Numbered from the stretch's first letter, positions 35,349 to 50,329 are shown. The stretch: DNA of 64,000 nucleotides from Anaeramoeba ignava BMAN (GCA_028826165.1 JAPDFW010000091.1:124001-188000); one strand, 5' to 3'. Notes: a model not told the origin generated them from the letters alone. A program made the numbers and translations.

Positions 35349-37202
35349 TCAAATCATATCATCAACGAATGGGTTAAATTCAAAATTATGGAAAAATTTT
35401 TGATCTTTTTTGCTTATAATAGAAAGAAGTATAAGTTCTTCAAGTTGATTTTTATGATCTGAAAAAATATGTTTTGGCTAAATTATTATTATAATATTTA
35501 AGAAAAAGAAAGTAATGATTAGAATATAAATTTGTTTTTGTTTTTAAAATATAGAATTTAAATATTAAGAAATTTTGCAAAAACTTACACCAGGAACTAA
35601 AACAGGATTTGTTTCTTTTTTTGCAACTTTATTCCAATTTATATTTTCGAAAAATGGATGATTTTTAATTTCATCAATTCCATTATAACCTAATCTATTT
35701 TCTGGTTTTTTTTGTAATAACTAAAATTAAACAAAAAAGAAGAGATTAGTTTTAAAATTAAAATCAAAATTAAAATCAAAACTAAAACTAAAACTAACCC
35801 CAGTTAATAAAGATTTTAGTTGGTCCGAAATTTGTGGTTTAAATTCAAGTTCTTCATTTAAAATATTATCAATAGTTTGTTGTTGTGTTTCAGCATAATG
35901 GGGAGGCTAATTAATTTATAAATTAAAAATTAATATTTTTATAAATTTAAAACATCAAAAAAATAATTTACTCTTCCATGAACCATTTCATATAAAATTG
36001 CACCTAAACTCCATAAATCAACAGCAAATCCTGGTTTTCCTAATTTTAAAGCTTCTGGAGCTATTTATATATATACATAAATAAATTTATTTTCAAAAGT
36101 AAGTTATTTAAAAAAAATTATTTTTATTCCAAAAAAAAAATTTACCCATATATTGATAAGAACCAAAAACTGGAATATCTCCATTTAATCCAATTTTTTC
36201 AATTGAGATTGATGATCCAAAATCGATTAAACAAATGTGGCCAGTTGGATCTATTAAAATATTTTCTGGTTTTAGATCACTATTTTTAATTTTTAATTTG
36301 GAATTTTAATTTAATTTAAATTTAATTTTAAATTTTAATTTAATATTTAATTTAATTTTTTAATTTAATTTAATTGATTTTTAATTTAAATTTAATTTAA
36401 TTTTTAATTGTGATTTTTTAATTAAATTTAATTTAATTTTAATTTAATTTTAATTTAATTTTGTAATTTAATTTTTAATTGTGATTTTTTAATTAGATTT
36501 AAATTGATTTTTAATTTGGAATTTTAATTTAATTTTGTAATTTAATTTTAAATTGATATTGACTATTCCAATCATTTAAGAATTTTGACTTGTAAATTGA
36601 TTATTTCAAATAAAAAAAACCAAAAAGAAGAATAAGAAAAAAAAATAATTTTAAAAATGACTCATAAAAATGAAAAGAAAAATGAGTAATTAAAAATTTT
36701 TGAAATGAGAAAATTAAAAGGAATTATAATAATCATAAATAGAAAAATAAATAGAAAAATAAATAAAAAATAAATAAAATTAAATTTACCCATGAATAAA
36801 ACCTTTATTATGAATATCTTGTAAAGCTAAAATCAATTCAGCAGCATAAAACTGAGTAATATTTTCAGGGAAAGTTGTAAAATTAATTAAATGATCGAAG
36901 AGATCATTCCCATTAATCCAATCTAAGACAAAATATAAATTATCTTCATCTTGAAAACAGTGTTTCATTTTTATAACAAAAGGGCTTGAAATTAAAGAAA
37001 GTGCATTTCTTTCTTGAAAAGCATGTTCAACCATTTTATTTTCTAAAAGCTTGCTTTTTGGGATCATTTTAATTGCATATTTTTGTTTAGTACTTTTTTG
37101 AGTTGCTACATATATTCTTCCATATTTTCCTTCGCCTATAAGGAAATGTATTTCAAAACTATTTAAATTTAATCTTTTTCTTTTAGAACTGCATAGTCCC
37201 AT
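35349..37202 (-). CDS. AGC-family Ser/Thr protein kinase with N-terminal acylation motif, 6 exons
   Basis: MGLCSSK; GEGKYG, YAIK, HG|DLKPEN, DFG, YM|APE, VDLWSLG, NRLGYNGIDEIKNHPFF; C-terminal hydrophobic motif FHNFEF. Confidence 0.92.
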
Positions 37203-37335
37203 TGGATTATATTTAAAAATTAATTAAATCCAAAAAAAAAAAATTTTTTTATTTCAAAAAAAAAAAAAATAAAGAAAATTTAAAATAATAATAATAAAAA
37301 AATGAAAATAAAAAAATTAAAAAAAAATGATAAAC

Positions 37336-38039
37336 GATCGGTTGATCTTTTTTATTTAAAATTTGTTTTTTTTTTTTATTTTTATTTTATTTATTTTTAT
37401 TTAAATTTTCAATTAAAAAAAATTTTTTTTTTCTTTTTTTTATTTTTATTTTTAATTTTAAAAATCAATTTAAATTTTCTTTTTATTCTTTTTTAGGTGG
37501 AATTGATCTTAAATTCCAATTTATTTTCTTTATTAAAATTTTAATTAGTTTTTTTCCTTTTTTTTTTATTACTCATTATTTTTTTTCATTATTCATAATT
37601 TTTATTTTAACTTATATTTCCACTTATTTTAAACAATTTTTTGTTTTGATCTTATTTTAAAAAATTATTTGGATTTTGATCTTATTGAGTAAATTGATAA
37701 TTCTAATTTAAAAATTAATTAAAAAAATTTTTTTACACTTTTATTCCGATAAAAGGAAAACTTACAAATCCCCCCAATTTCCAATTTAAAACTTTAATTT
37801 CTCTTTAAATTTCTTTTTAAATTTCTTTTTAAATTTCTTTTTAAATTTCTTTTTCGATTTTTTATTTTTAAAAAGAGGGATAAATTTTTTAATTAAAATT
37901 TTTTTATTTTAATTTTTCTAAAGAGATCATAAACAGATCAAATTTGAAGTCTTTTTATTCAAACAAAATTTCAATAATTTATTTTAAAACTTTAATCAAA
38001 TTCAATTTTAATTTGATCATTGATAATTTTTGTTTGATC
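37336..38039. promoter_or_regulatory. Cluster of GATC and AP-1-like motifs upstream of the AGC kinase
   Basis: GATC at 37336, 37344, 37505, 37648, 37678, 37925, 37936, 38015 and 38036; ATTACTCAT at 37568 and TGAGTAA at 37686, all in very GC-poor DNA. Confidence 0.5.
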
Positions 38040-38254
38040 AAATTACAATATAAATAAAAATAATTTTGGATTAAAAATAATTGTGGATTAAAAAGAATTT
38101 AAATTGAATAATTGAAAATTTTAATTGGATTTTAATTGGATTTTAATTGGATTTTTTAAAAGGATTTTAATTGGATTTTAAAAGGATTTTAATTGGATTT
38201 GATTTTGATAAGAAAAAAAATTTTTTTTATTTTGTGGAAAATTAAAATTCATTT

Positions 38255-40960
38255 TTAGAAAAATTGAGTAATATTTGGATCTGTTGTTAATTCATGAATT
38301 TTTTGAAGTTTTGAAATTGCTAAATCAAATCCTAATTTGGTTTTTTCTGATTTTTCAAGATTCTTTTGTAAATGTGATTCTAATTGATTATATTTCTCTT
38401 TGTTTTGTTGTTTTTCTTTTTCTAATCTTTCAACCAATTTTGCAATTTGAGTGTGATTTGATTTATTGCATTCTTCAAAAATTGATTTGATTCTATTGAG
38501 TTTATCAATAACTTTTTTTTCTAATTTTGGATTTTCATTAGCTCTAATAATAGATTTAATTGTATCAATTTGATCATCTAATTCCAATTCAAATTCATCA
38601 TTAGAAAGAAAAAAAACATTAGGAATTGATTGAGATTTTGTTGTTGTTGTTGTTGTTTTTGTTTCTTGTTTTGAGTCAAGATCTGAAAATTCAGTTGTTG
38701 ATTTTGATTCATCAATAACCGAATCTTTATCTTTTTGAGAACTTTTATCCTTTTGAGAACTTTCAGATTCATTCTTGCCAACAAATTGTGGATTAACCAA
38801 ATAAAGTGTTTGATCCAAAGGTGCTTCTTGGACTTTATTTTCTAATGGATTTGGGATTGGTCTGGAAATACATTGAACACAAGATTTTCCTTTTAATATA
38901 ATCAAAGTAAGATATGAATGAACCCAAACATCTCGATTTTGTGTATCTTTATGCAACCAATAAAGATCATGAGTACCTGTTGAGCTTCTATTTATTTTTG
39001 AATTTAATTTAATATTCAATTCAATATTCAATTCAATATTCAATTCAATATTCAATTCAATATTCAATTCAATTTTCAATTCAATATTCAATTCAATATT
39101 CAATATTCAATATTCAATATTTAATTCAATATTCAATATTCAATTCAATATTTAATATTCAATATTCAATATTCAATATTTAATTCAATACAATTCAATA
39201 CAATTCAATTCAATATTTAATTCAATATTCAATATTCAATATTCAATTCAATATTCAATTCAATTCAATATTCAATATTCAATATTCAATTCAATATTCA
39301 ATTCAATTCAATATTCAATTCAATTCAATATTCAATATTCAAATTCAAATCTAATATTTAATTCAATATTCAATATTCAATTCATTATTTTAATATTTAA
39401 TTCAATTCAATATTCAATATTCAATATTCGATTCAATATTCAATATTTATTCCAATATTTTTCGTATTTTACCATTCAATATTCAATATTTAATATTTAT
39501 TATTCAATATTTAATATTCAATATTTTATTCAATTCAATATTTATTTAATATTTAATTCCAATTTCAATATTTAAATTCATTCAATATTCATTCAATATT
39601 CAATATTTTCAATATTCAATATTTCAATATCAAATATTCAATATTCAATTCAATATTCAATATTCAATATTCAATTCAATATTTAATAATATTCAATATT
39701 CCAATATTTACCCAATATTCAATTCCAATATTCAATATTCAATATTCATTCAATTCATTCAATTTCAATATTCAATATTCAATATTTCAATATATTCAAA
39801 TTTCAATATTCAATATTCATATATTCAATATTATTCAATATTCAATATTTATTTAATTCAATATTCAATATTCAATTCAATATTCAATTCAATATTCAAT
39901 ATTCAATTCAATATTCAATATTCAATATTCAATATTTTCAAATTCAATATTCATTCAATATTCAATATTCAATATTCAATATTTATTCAATATTCAATTC
40001 AATATTCAATATTCAATATTCAATATTCAATATTCAATATTCAATATTCAATATTCAATTCAATATTCAATATTCAATTTATTTAATTTCAATTTATTCA
40101 ATTCAATATTTTCAATTCAATTATTATTTAATTCAATATTTATTATTCAATATTTAATATTCAATATTCAATATTCAATATTCAATATTCAATTCAATAT
40201 TCAATATTCAATATTCAATATTCAATTCAATTTAATATTTAATATTCAATATTCAATATTCAATATTTAATTCAATTCAATATTTAATTCAATATTTAAT
40301 ATTCAATTCAATATTTAATTCAATATTTAATATTCAATTTAATATTCAACTCAATATTCAATATTCAATATTTAATTCAATATTTAATCCAATTTATATT
40401 CAATCCAATTTAATTAAAAAATTAATTGAAAAAAATTTTTTGATCAAATTAATTAAATTAAAAATAAGAATCAAAATCAAAATAAAAATTAAAATTAAAT
40501 AATGAAAATGAAATTAAATGATTAAATTAATTTAAATTAAAACAGAATAAAAATGTAAATATATGAGTGTAATTAAAAAATAATATGATCTCTTTTAAAA
40601 GAAAAAAAATTTTTTTTCTTTCTTTTTTTCTTTTTGTTTCTTTTTTTTTTTAATTTAATTTAATTTAATTTAATTTAATTTAATTTACTTTAAAACTTTG
40701 CCAATTTCTTGTTCAGCTGCTTCTCTGCTATTTTTATTGAACTGAGGTTGAAAAGAAGGAGAGAAGTTAGGATCCATTTGTTTATTAAGTAAATCATTTC
40801 TACTTCTTAATCCTAATAATTTTGCATAGAGATCGTTTGTTTCAATACAAAAATCACTTGCATCAACGACAACAATTGGTTCTTTTGCTTCTCTAACTGT
40901 TTTTAAGTAACTTTTAACTTTACTCTTTTTAATAATTTTTGCTGATTTTGAATTTCCCAT
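38255..40960 (-). CDS. Myristoylated PAS-domain/coiled-coil protein, paralogue A
   Basis: Exons 40960-40689 and 38987-38255 (1701-nt phase-2 intron). MGNSKS; PAS core (EPIVVVD..ETNDLYAKLLG..FSPSFQP); PAC (LYWLH..VWVHSYLT..QCISRPI); coiled-coil tail. Confidence 0.85.
39010..40385. repeat. (TTCAATA)/(TTCAA) microsatellite filling the intron of PAS paralogue A
   Basis: Directly visible; the same unit, in sense orientation, fills RNF170 intron 3 (32800-33240). Confidence 0.93.
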
Positions 40961-41317
40961 TGTTTAATAATCTGCTTTAATTAAATTGAAAGGAGAAAAA
41001 AAATAAATTCTTAGATCACAAAAAAAAATTTAAAAAAAAAAAAAACCAAAAAAAAATAAAAATTAAAATTTAAATAAAACCAAACTAAAAAAAACAGCTA
41101 AGATTATACAATTATTTTCTTTGTTCAAAATTCATTAAAATCAAAATTAAAAATCAAAATCAAAATTAAAATCAAAATTAAAATCAAAATCAAAATTAAA
41201 ATTAAAATTAAAATTAAAATTAAAATTAAAATTAAAATTAAAATTAAAATAAAAATAAAAATTAAAATAAAAAGCAAAAAAAGCAAAATCATTTTTTCAT
41301 TTTTTTGCTTTTCAAAA

Positions 41318-43092
41318 ATGAATGATTGTTTATTTTTTGGAAGAAATGACGAACCAAAGTTTATCAAAAATGAATCAGATACAATAACAAAACCAATTCA
41401 ATTTAAATTTGAAAATGAAAAAGAAAATGAAAATGAAAATGAAAAACAAATTAAACAAATTTCATTGGGTGCTTTTGGAACAATTTTCCTTTTTAAAAAC
41501 GGAAAAGCAATAGAATATTTAAATGAAAGATGAATTAAATCAAAATCCTCAAAAAATCCAAATTGAAGAAAATATTCAAAAAGTAACTGTTGGTTATGCA
41601 AATGAAGCAATTTTAACAAAAGAAGGAAATGTATTTGCCAAAGGAAGAAATATTAATCCAAAAAATCCAAATGAATTTATCAATATTTCATCATTAATTG
41701 AAGATACAAATGATAGAATAATTCAAGATATTGTTTCTGGATACAAGTCAATTTACTTATTAACTTCAAATCAAAATGCTTATGGAATTGGTTCAAATAA
41801 ATATGGTCAACTTGGTTTTGATTATAAAACACTTGAAGAAACAGAAAAACCAATTTTAATGATGAAAAATGTTTCTAAAATATTTTCAGGAAATTCTTCA
41901 AGACATGTTTTTCTTTTGAATTCAAATCAAGAATTATTTGGATGTGGTGATAATAAATATGGTCAACTTGGATTAGGAGAATCAAGAAAAAAAGAAGAAA
42001 CAATCCAAAAATTAACCAAAATACAAAGTATTCCAAAAGGCAAAATAATTGATACTAAGTCTGGATCTTGTCATTCAATAATGTTTATTGAAAAAGAAGA
42101 TGAAAATCCAAAAAGAAAACTTTATTCAACTGGAGATTATCAATTAAATGGACTTGGCAAAAATAAAGATACTTATGAATTTACTGAAATTGAATCATCT
42201 TTATTTGAAAATGATAATATTCTTGAATTTTCTGTTGATGATGAACATACTTTGATTTTAGTTTCCAATTCAAAATTAATTGTATTTGGAAATAATGAAT
42301 ATGGTGAATTAGGAACTGGAGATACAAATGAACAATCAATTCCAATTCAAATTGAACTTCCTAAATTAAGATTTAATAAAGAAATTTCCAATTATCATAT
42401 TTCTTGTGGAGTTTATCAATCATTTCTTTATTATTCTCCTTCTTTTTCCAATCTTGAAGAAGATTTGATAAAATTATTTAGAAGAAAAGAATTTTGCAAT
42501 ATTTCATTTAAAACAGAAAATGGAGAAATAATTTGAAGCTCATAAATTAATATTGAAATATAGATTAAATCAAAATCAAAATCAAATTGAAAAACTTCAA
42601 GAAATTATTTCAAAAAAATCAATTAAAGAATCAAATCAAATATTTGAAATGATTTATTCAAACCGAATAATAAATCCAATATTATATTTTGAAATTAAAG
42701 AAATTATAAATTTAAATGAAAAAATTGAAGAAACAATTAAAAGAATTTATTTAAATAAAAATGAAAATATAAAAGATTTTATAATTGAAAGAAAAGAAAA
42801 ACAATATAAATTTCCTAAATTAATATTAATAATGAGAAGTGAATTATATCGAGGAATGTTTTTATCTGTAACTGAAGATACTTCTAATAAAGTTACAGAT
42901 TATAGTGAATTAAGTGAAGAATCATTTCAAATATTTGAATATTGGATTTATTCAAATCAAATCAAAGATGAAATTGAAATTACACAAGAAATCATTAATG
43001 AAATTAAAAAAGGAATTGATTATTTTCAATTAAATCAAACATATCCAAATTTATTTGATTTATTAATTAACAAATTTAATAATCAAAATTAA
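41318..43092 (+). CDS. RCC1-repeat + BTB protein, copy 1 (two apparent +1 frameshifts near 41527 and 42533)
   Basis: ORFs 41318-41533, 41523-42536 and 42553-43092 are colinear with copy 2. G.N.YGQLG RCC1 repeats; C-terminal BTB-like parts (AHKLILKYR; LILIMRSELYRGMFLSV..FEYWIYS). Confidence 0.85.
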
Positions 43093-43615
43093 AATTAAAA
43101 TCAAAAATTAAAATCAAAAATTAAAATTAAAATTAAAATTAAAATTAAAATTAAAATCAAAATTAAAAATTAAAATTAAAATCAAAATCAAAATTAAAAT
43201 CAAAATCAAAATTAAAATCAAAATTAAAATTAAAATTTAAATAAAAATTAAAATCAAAATCAAAATTAAAATTCATTTTAAAATTAAAAATAAAAATCAA
43301 AATTAAAATGAAAATTAAAATCAAAATTAAAATTAAAATTAAAATTAAAATTAAAATTAAAATCAAAATTAAAATTAAAATCAAAATTAAAATTAAAATT
43401 AAAATTAAAATTAAAATTAAAATTAAAATTAAAATTAAAAATTAAAATTAAAATTAAAATTAAAATCAAAATTAAAATTAAAATTAAAATTCAAATCAAA
43501 ATTAAAAATTAAAATTAAAATTAAAATTAAAATTAAAATTAAAATTTAAATTAAAATTAAAAAAATAAAAAGCAAAAAAAGCAAAATTATTTTTTTCATT
43601 TTTTTCTTTTCAAAA

Positions 43616-45377
43616 ATGAATGAAATTATATTTTTTGGTTCAAATGAAAAACCAACAATAATAAAAAATGAAACAGAAATAATAACAAAACCAATTCAAT
43701 TTAAATTTGAAAATGAAAATGAAAATGAAAAACAAATTAAACAAATTTCTTCATCAGGAGATTTTTCAACAATTTTCCTTTTTAAAAATGGAAAAGCAAT
43801 AGAATATTTAAGTGAAAATGATTCAAATCCAAATCCTTCAAAAATCCAAATTGAAGAAAATATTCAAAAAGTAACTGTTGGTTATGAAAATGAAGCAATT
43901 TTAACAAAAGAAGGAAATGTATTTGCAAAAGGAGAAGATATTAATCCAAAAAACCCAAAAGAATTTATCAATATTTCATCATTAATTGAAGATAAAAATG
44001 ATAGAATAATTGAAGATATTGTTTCTGGAGCTAGTTTAATTTATTTATTAACTTCAAATCAAAATGCTTATGGAATTGGTTTAGATGATTATGGTCAACT
44101 TGGTTTTGATTATAAAACACTCGAAAAAACAGAAAAACCAATTTTAATGATGAAAAATGTTTCTAAAATATTTTCAGGAATTACATCAAATAATGTTTTT
44201 CTTTTAAATTCAAATCAAGAATTATTTGGATGTGGTGATAATTTTTGGAGTCAACTTGGATTAGGAGAATCAAGAAAAGAAGATTGGCAAATCCCTAAAT
44301 TAACCAAAATCCAAAATATTCCAAAAGGTAAAATAATTGATATTCAATGTGGATCTTGGCATTCAATAATGTTGATTAAAAATGAAGATGAAAATCCAAA
44401 AATGAAACTTTATTCATGTGGAAATTCCCAATTTAATGGGCTTGGCAAAAATACTTATGAATTTACTGAAGTTAAATCATCTTTATTTGAAAATGATATT
44501 ATTCTTGATTTTTCTGTTGGATTCGATCATACTTTGATTTTAACTTCTAATTCAAAATTAATTGGATTTGGAAGTAATTTATATGGTCAATTAGGAGCTG
44601 GAGATACAAACCATCAATCAATTCCAATTCAAATTGAACTTTCTAAATTAAGATTTAATGAAGAAGTTTATAATTATCATGTTTATTGTGGATATCGAAG
44701 ATCATTTCTTTATTATTCTCCTTTTCTTTCTTCTTTTTCCAATCTTGAAGAAGATTTGATAAAATTATTTAAAAGAAAAGAATTTTGCAATATTTCATTT
44801 AAAACCAGAAAATGGAGAAATAATTTCAGCTCATAAATTAATATTGAAATATAGATTAAATCAAAATCAAAATCAAATTGAAAAACTTAAAGAAATTATT
44901 TCAAAAAAATCAATTAAAGAATCAAATCAAATATTTGAAATGATTTATTCAAACAGAATAATAAATCCAAAATTATATTCTGAAATTAAAGAAATTATAA
45001 ATTCAAATGAAAAAATTGAAGAAACAATCAAAAGAATTTATTTAAATGAAAATGAAAATGATTTCATAATTGAAAGAAAAGAAAAACAATATAAATTTCC
45101 CAAATTAATATTAATAATGAGAAGTGAATTATATCGAGGAATGTTTTTATCTGTAACTGAAGATAAATCAAATAAAGTTACAGATTATAGTGAATTAAGT
45201 GAAGAATCATTTCAAATATTTGAATATTGGATTTATTCAAATCAAATCAAAGATGGAATTCGAAATTACAAAGAAATCATTGATGAAATTGAAAAAGGAA
45301 TTGATTATTTTCAATTAAATCAAACAAATCCAAATTTATTTGATTTATTAATTAACAAATTTAATAATCAAAATTAA
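43616..45377 (+). CDS. RCC1-repeat + BTB protein, copy 2 (apparent +1 frameshift near 44806)
   Basis: ORFs 43616-44836 and 44844-45377; AAAACCAGAAAATGG versus AAAACAGAAAATGG in copy 1. Confidence 0.85.
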
Positions 45378-45392
45378 AATTAAAATCAAAAA

Positions 45393-46593
45393 TTAAATTT
45401 TTTTTTCTTCTTGTAAATCCTGTGCAAGAAATTCAATTATTTTTGGATCTGTTACAATTTCTTGAATTTTCTCAAGTTTTGAATTTACCAAATTAAATTC
45501 CAATTCCCTTTTTTTAGATTTTTCAATATTTTTTTGGAAATGACATTCTAATTCGTTATATCTTGCTTTATGTTTTTCTCTTTCTATTCCCAATTTATCA
45601 ACCAATTTAGAAATATGATTTTGATTGATCTCATCACACTTTTCAAAAATTAACTTGATTTTGTTGAGCTCATCAATAATTTCCTTTTCCAATTTTGGAT
45701 TTTGATGAATTCTTATATGAAACTTGATTTTATTAATAATATAATCCAATTTCATTTCAAATTCATCATTTAAAATAAGGAAAATATTATAGGCTGATTG
45801 ATATTTTTTTGGAGATGATATTATTTGCTCTGCTTGTGATTCAAGATCCGAAAATTCAGTTGTTGATTTGGATTCATCTTCTTCTAATGAATCTTTTTCT
45901 TTTGGAGAACTGTCAGATTCACTTTTTCCAATAAATTGAGGATTAACCAAATAAAGTGATTGATCCAAAGGTGTTTCTATGATTTCATTTTCTAATGGAT
46001 TAAGAATTGGAATTGAAACACATTGAAAACATATTTTTCCTTTTAATTGAATAATTGTAACATATAAATGAACCCAAACATCTTGGTTTTGAGTATTTTT
46101 ATGAAGCCAATAAAAATCAATATTTGCTGTTGTATTTCTAATTATTTTAGTTTTATTTTTTTTTTGAAAAAAAGAAGATGAATAAATATTTTTTTTTGCT
46201 TTTTTTTTTTTTTGCTTTTTTTTTTTTGGAAAAACCAAATTATTTTCTCATTTCTATAAAATTATCAATTTTCATTACAATTATAATTAAAAATAATGGG
46301 AGTTTTGGATTTATTTACTTAAGTATTCTTTGAGTTTGTTCTTCAATTGCTTCTTTTAAGGGTTTATTAAGTTGGGGTTGAAAAGGAGCTGAAAAATTAG
46401 GATCAACAATTTTATTTACTAATTCTTCTCTACATGTTAAACCTAATAATTTTGCACAAGAATCATTTACTTCAATACAAAAATGATCTTCTAAACTAAT
46501 GAGAATCATTGCTTCTTTGGCTTCTCTAATTGATTTTAGATAAGTTTCTGTTTCTTTTCTTTTAATAATTTTTGCAGATTTTGAATTTCCCAT
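45393..46593 (-). CDS. Myristoylated PAS-domain/coiled-coil protein, paralogue B
   Basis: Exons 46593-46319 and 46137-45393; same intron position and motifs as paralogue A. Confidence 0.87.
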
Positions 46594-46758
46594 TTTTAAT
46601 TTTTTATTATTTATTTTTTATTTTTCAAAAAATGGAAAGAAAAATGAAAAATTTTTAATTCCAAAATTCATTCTTTTTTTCTGAATTTGAATTTCAATTA
46701 AAATTAAAAATTCAAAGTTGTTTTTATTCCCTTTTTTCTTTTTGTAAATTAAATTAAA

Positions 46759-48165
46759 TTAAAATTTTTTTTCTTCTTGAAAATCAAATTGGAAAAATTG
46801 AGTAATATTTGGATCTGTTGTTAATTCTTGAATTTTTTGAAGTTTTGAAATTGCCAATTCAAATCCTAATTGAGTTTTTTCTGATTTTTCAAGGTTTTTT
46901 TGTAAATGAGATTCTAATTCATTATATTTATCTTTATTTCTTTCTCTTTCAATTTTTAATCTATCAGCTAATTTTGAAATTTGAGTTTGATTTGATTTAT
47001 TACATTCTTCAAAAATTGATTTGATTTCATTTAATTCATCAATAACTTTCTTTTCTAATTTTGGATTTTCATTAGCTCTAATAATAGATTTAATTGTATC
47101 AATTTTATCATCTAATTGCATTTCAAATTCATCACTATCAAGAAGTAAAATATTAGAAGTTGATTGGGGTTTTTTGTTTTTGTTGTTGATCTTGTTGTTT
47201 TTGATCTTGTTGTTGAATTTGATGTTGTAAATGTTGTTGAATCTGTTTCAATTTTTGCTTCAAGATCTGAAAAATCAGTTGTTGATTTTGATTCATCAGC
47301 AAAAAAATTTTTTTCTTTTTGGGAACTTTCAGATTCATTCATTGCAATAAATTGAGGATTAACCAAATAAAGTGATTGATCCAAAGGTGTTTCTCTGATT
47401 TCATTTTCTAATGGATTAAGAATTGGTCTTGAAATGCATTGAAAACCTTGTTTGCCTTTTATTTTGATAGGTGTAATATATAAATGAATCCAAACATCCT
47501 CATTTTTAATATTTTTACTTAACCAATAAAAATCAATACTTCCTGTTGTATCTCTATTTAAATTTATTTTTGTTAAAAAGTTTGAAGAAATTTGAAAGGT
47601 GAATAAAAAGGTGAATAAAAAATATTTTCCTTTTTTCTTTTAAATTGATAATAAAATTAATAATCTATTAAATAATTTAATTATTTTATGACTCAGCATT
47701 AAATTTATTATTAATTAAAATCTTTTTATTATTTTTTTTAATTGTGATTTTATTTTTAAAATAATAAATAAGATCAAAAAATCGAATTAAAAAAAGTGAT
47801 CAAATTAAGAGAAATAATTCTTTAAAAATTCGAAAAGCAAAAAAAAAACAAATTATAAAAAAAGAAATAAAGTGTTTTTTATTAACTTACTTTAACAACT
47901 TTTCACTTAATTCTTGAATAGCTTCATTTGTTGGTTTATTAAATTGAGGTTGAAAAGGAGCTGAAAAATTAGGATCAATTGGTTTATTTATTATGTCTTT
48001 TCTACTTTTTAAACCTAATAATTTTGCATAAAGATCATTCGCTTCAATACAAAAATGATTTTCTACTACGATAACCATTGCAGGTTCTTTGGCTTCTCTA
48101 ATTGATTTTAGATAAGTTTCTGTTTCTTTTCTTTTAATAATTTTTGATGATTTTGAATTTCCCAT
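46759..48165 (-). CDS. Myristoylated PAS-domain/coiled-coil protein, paralogue C (apparent frameshift near 47170)
   Basis: Exons 48165-47891 and 47553-46759; G4T6 homopolymers at 47166-47175 versus G3T5 in paralogue D. Confidence 0.82.
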
Positions 48166-48551
48166 TTCAAGTTTTGGAATTTAAGAATAATTTCAATTCT
48201 GAATTATAAAACCTTTTTTTTAAAAAAATAAATTGAAAAAATGAAAATAATGGATTAGTTAAATTAATTGAAAAATTTTAAAATAAAAAAAGACAAAAAA
48301 ATTTTTCTTTTCTCTTTTTTATTTTAAATTTTTAATTTAAAAAAAATTGCCACTTCAAAAAGACATTTTATTGTTTTTTATTTGTTTAAAAAAGTTAAAA
48401 TGATATTTTCTGATAATTTCCTAAATTAATTATAATTATTTACTTATTTTTTTAATATAGATCTTTTTTATTTTTTTTTAAATTGAAAAATTAAAAAATT
48501 TGAATCAAAAATTCAAAGTTGTTTTTATTCTCCTCTTTCTTTCTTTTTAAA

Positions 48552-49989
48552 TTAAAATTTTTTTTCTTCTTGAAAATCAAATTGGAAAAATTGAGTAATA
48601 TTTGGATCTGTTGTTAATTCTTGAATTTTTTGAATTTTTGAAATTGCCAATTCAAATCCTAATTGAGTTTTTTCTGATTTTTCAAGATTTTTTTGTAAAT
48701 GAGATTCTAATTCATTATATTTATCTTTATTTCTTTCTCTTTCAATTTTTAATCTATCAGCTAATTTTGAAATTTGAGTTTGATTTGATTTATTACATTC
48801 TTCAAAAATTGATTTGATTTCATTTAATTCATCAATAACTTTCTTTTCTAATTTTGGATTTTCATTAGCTCTAATAATAGATTTAATTGTATCAATTTTA
48901 TCATCTAATCTCATTTCAAATTCATCACTATCAAGAAGTAAAATATTAGAAGTTGATTGGGTTTTTGTTGTTGATGTTTTTGATCTTGTTGTTGAATTTG
49001 ATGTTGTAAATGTTGTTGAATCTGTTTCAATTTTTGCTTCAAGATCTGAAAAATCAGTTGTTGATTTTGAATCATCAATAAAAGAATCTTTTTCTTTTTG
49101 GGAACTTTCAGATTCATTCAAACCAATAAATCGAGGATTAACCAAATAAAGTGATTGATCCAAAGGCTTTTCTTTGATTTCATTTTCTAATGGATTAAGA
49201 ATTTTTCTAACAATACATTGGAAACACATTTTTCCTTTTATTTTTACAAACGTTAGATAAACATGAACCCAAACATCTTCATTTTTAATATCTTTTTGAA
49301 GCCAATAAAAATCAACACTTCCTGTTGTATCTCTATTTAAATTTATTTTTGTTAAAAAATTTGAAGAAATTTGAAAGGTGAATAAAAAATAATAAAAAGG
49401 TGAATAAAAAATATTTTTCTTTTTTCTTTTAAATTGATAATAAAATTAATAATCTATTAAATAATTTAATTATTTTATGACTCAGCATTAAATTTATTAT
49501 TAATTAAAATCTTTTTATTATTATTTTTAATTGTGATTTTATTTTTAAAATAATAAATAAGATCAAAAAATTGAATTAAAAAAAGTGATCAAATTAAGAA
49601 ATATAATTCAAAATTTATTCCCTTTTTTAAAATCAAATTATTATTTCGAAAATAAAAACAACAAACAAAAGTTAATTTATTTATTTATTGAATGATTTGT
49701 TTGTCGAAAATAAAAATTACTTTAAAATAGTTTTATTTAATTCTTCCATTGCTTCATTTAAAGGTTTATTAAGTTGAGGTTGAAAAGGAGCTAAAAGTTT
49801 CATATTAAGAGGTTTATTTACTATATCTTCTCTACTTTTTAAACCAAATAATTTTGCATAGAGATCATTCGCTTCTAATACTGTATTTTCTGAAGTAACA
49901 AGAGTCATTGCTTCTTTTGCTTCTCTAATTGTTTTCAAATAACTTTTTATTTCTTTCTTTTTAATAATTTTTGATTTTGAACTTCCCAT
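48552..49989 (-). CDS. Myristoylated PAS-domain/coiled-coil protein, paralogue D
   Basis: Exons 49989-49721 and 49332-48552; MGSSKSK start. Confidence 0.87.
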
Positions 49990-50329
49990 TTTGTTTTGCT
50001 TTTTCAGAAATAAGAAATTAAAATTTGTTTGTTTTTTTTTGAAAGGTAAAAAAAAAATGAATTGGTTTTGTTTTTGTAATTTTTTTTTCTTTTTTGTTTT
50101 TAAGTGAGAAATTATTTGTAAAATTTTAATTAAAAAAAATTTTTCTTTTCTTATTTTAATTAAAAAAAAAATTTTTCAATAAAGACAAAAAAATTTTTTT
50201 TTCTTTTTCTTTTTCTTTTTTAATAAATAAAAATATTGAAAATAAACAAAAATAAGTTAAAAAAAATTAATAATTTGGATTTAGGATCAAAATTATAAAT
50301 TTATTTAAAAAATTTATTTTAATTATTTT

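Noticed and set aside
7571-47175. Programmed frameshifting or pseudogenisation in FG-GAP copy 1, both RCC1-BTB genes and PAS C
   Set aside because: All are single-base gains in homopolymers confined to recently duplicated genes, with otherwise intact ORFs. Most simply explained as long-read consensus errors; raw reads would settle it.
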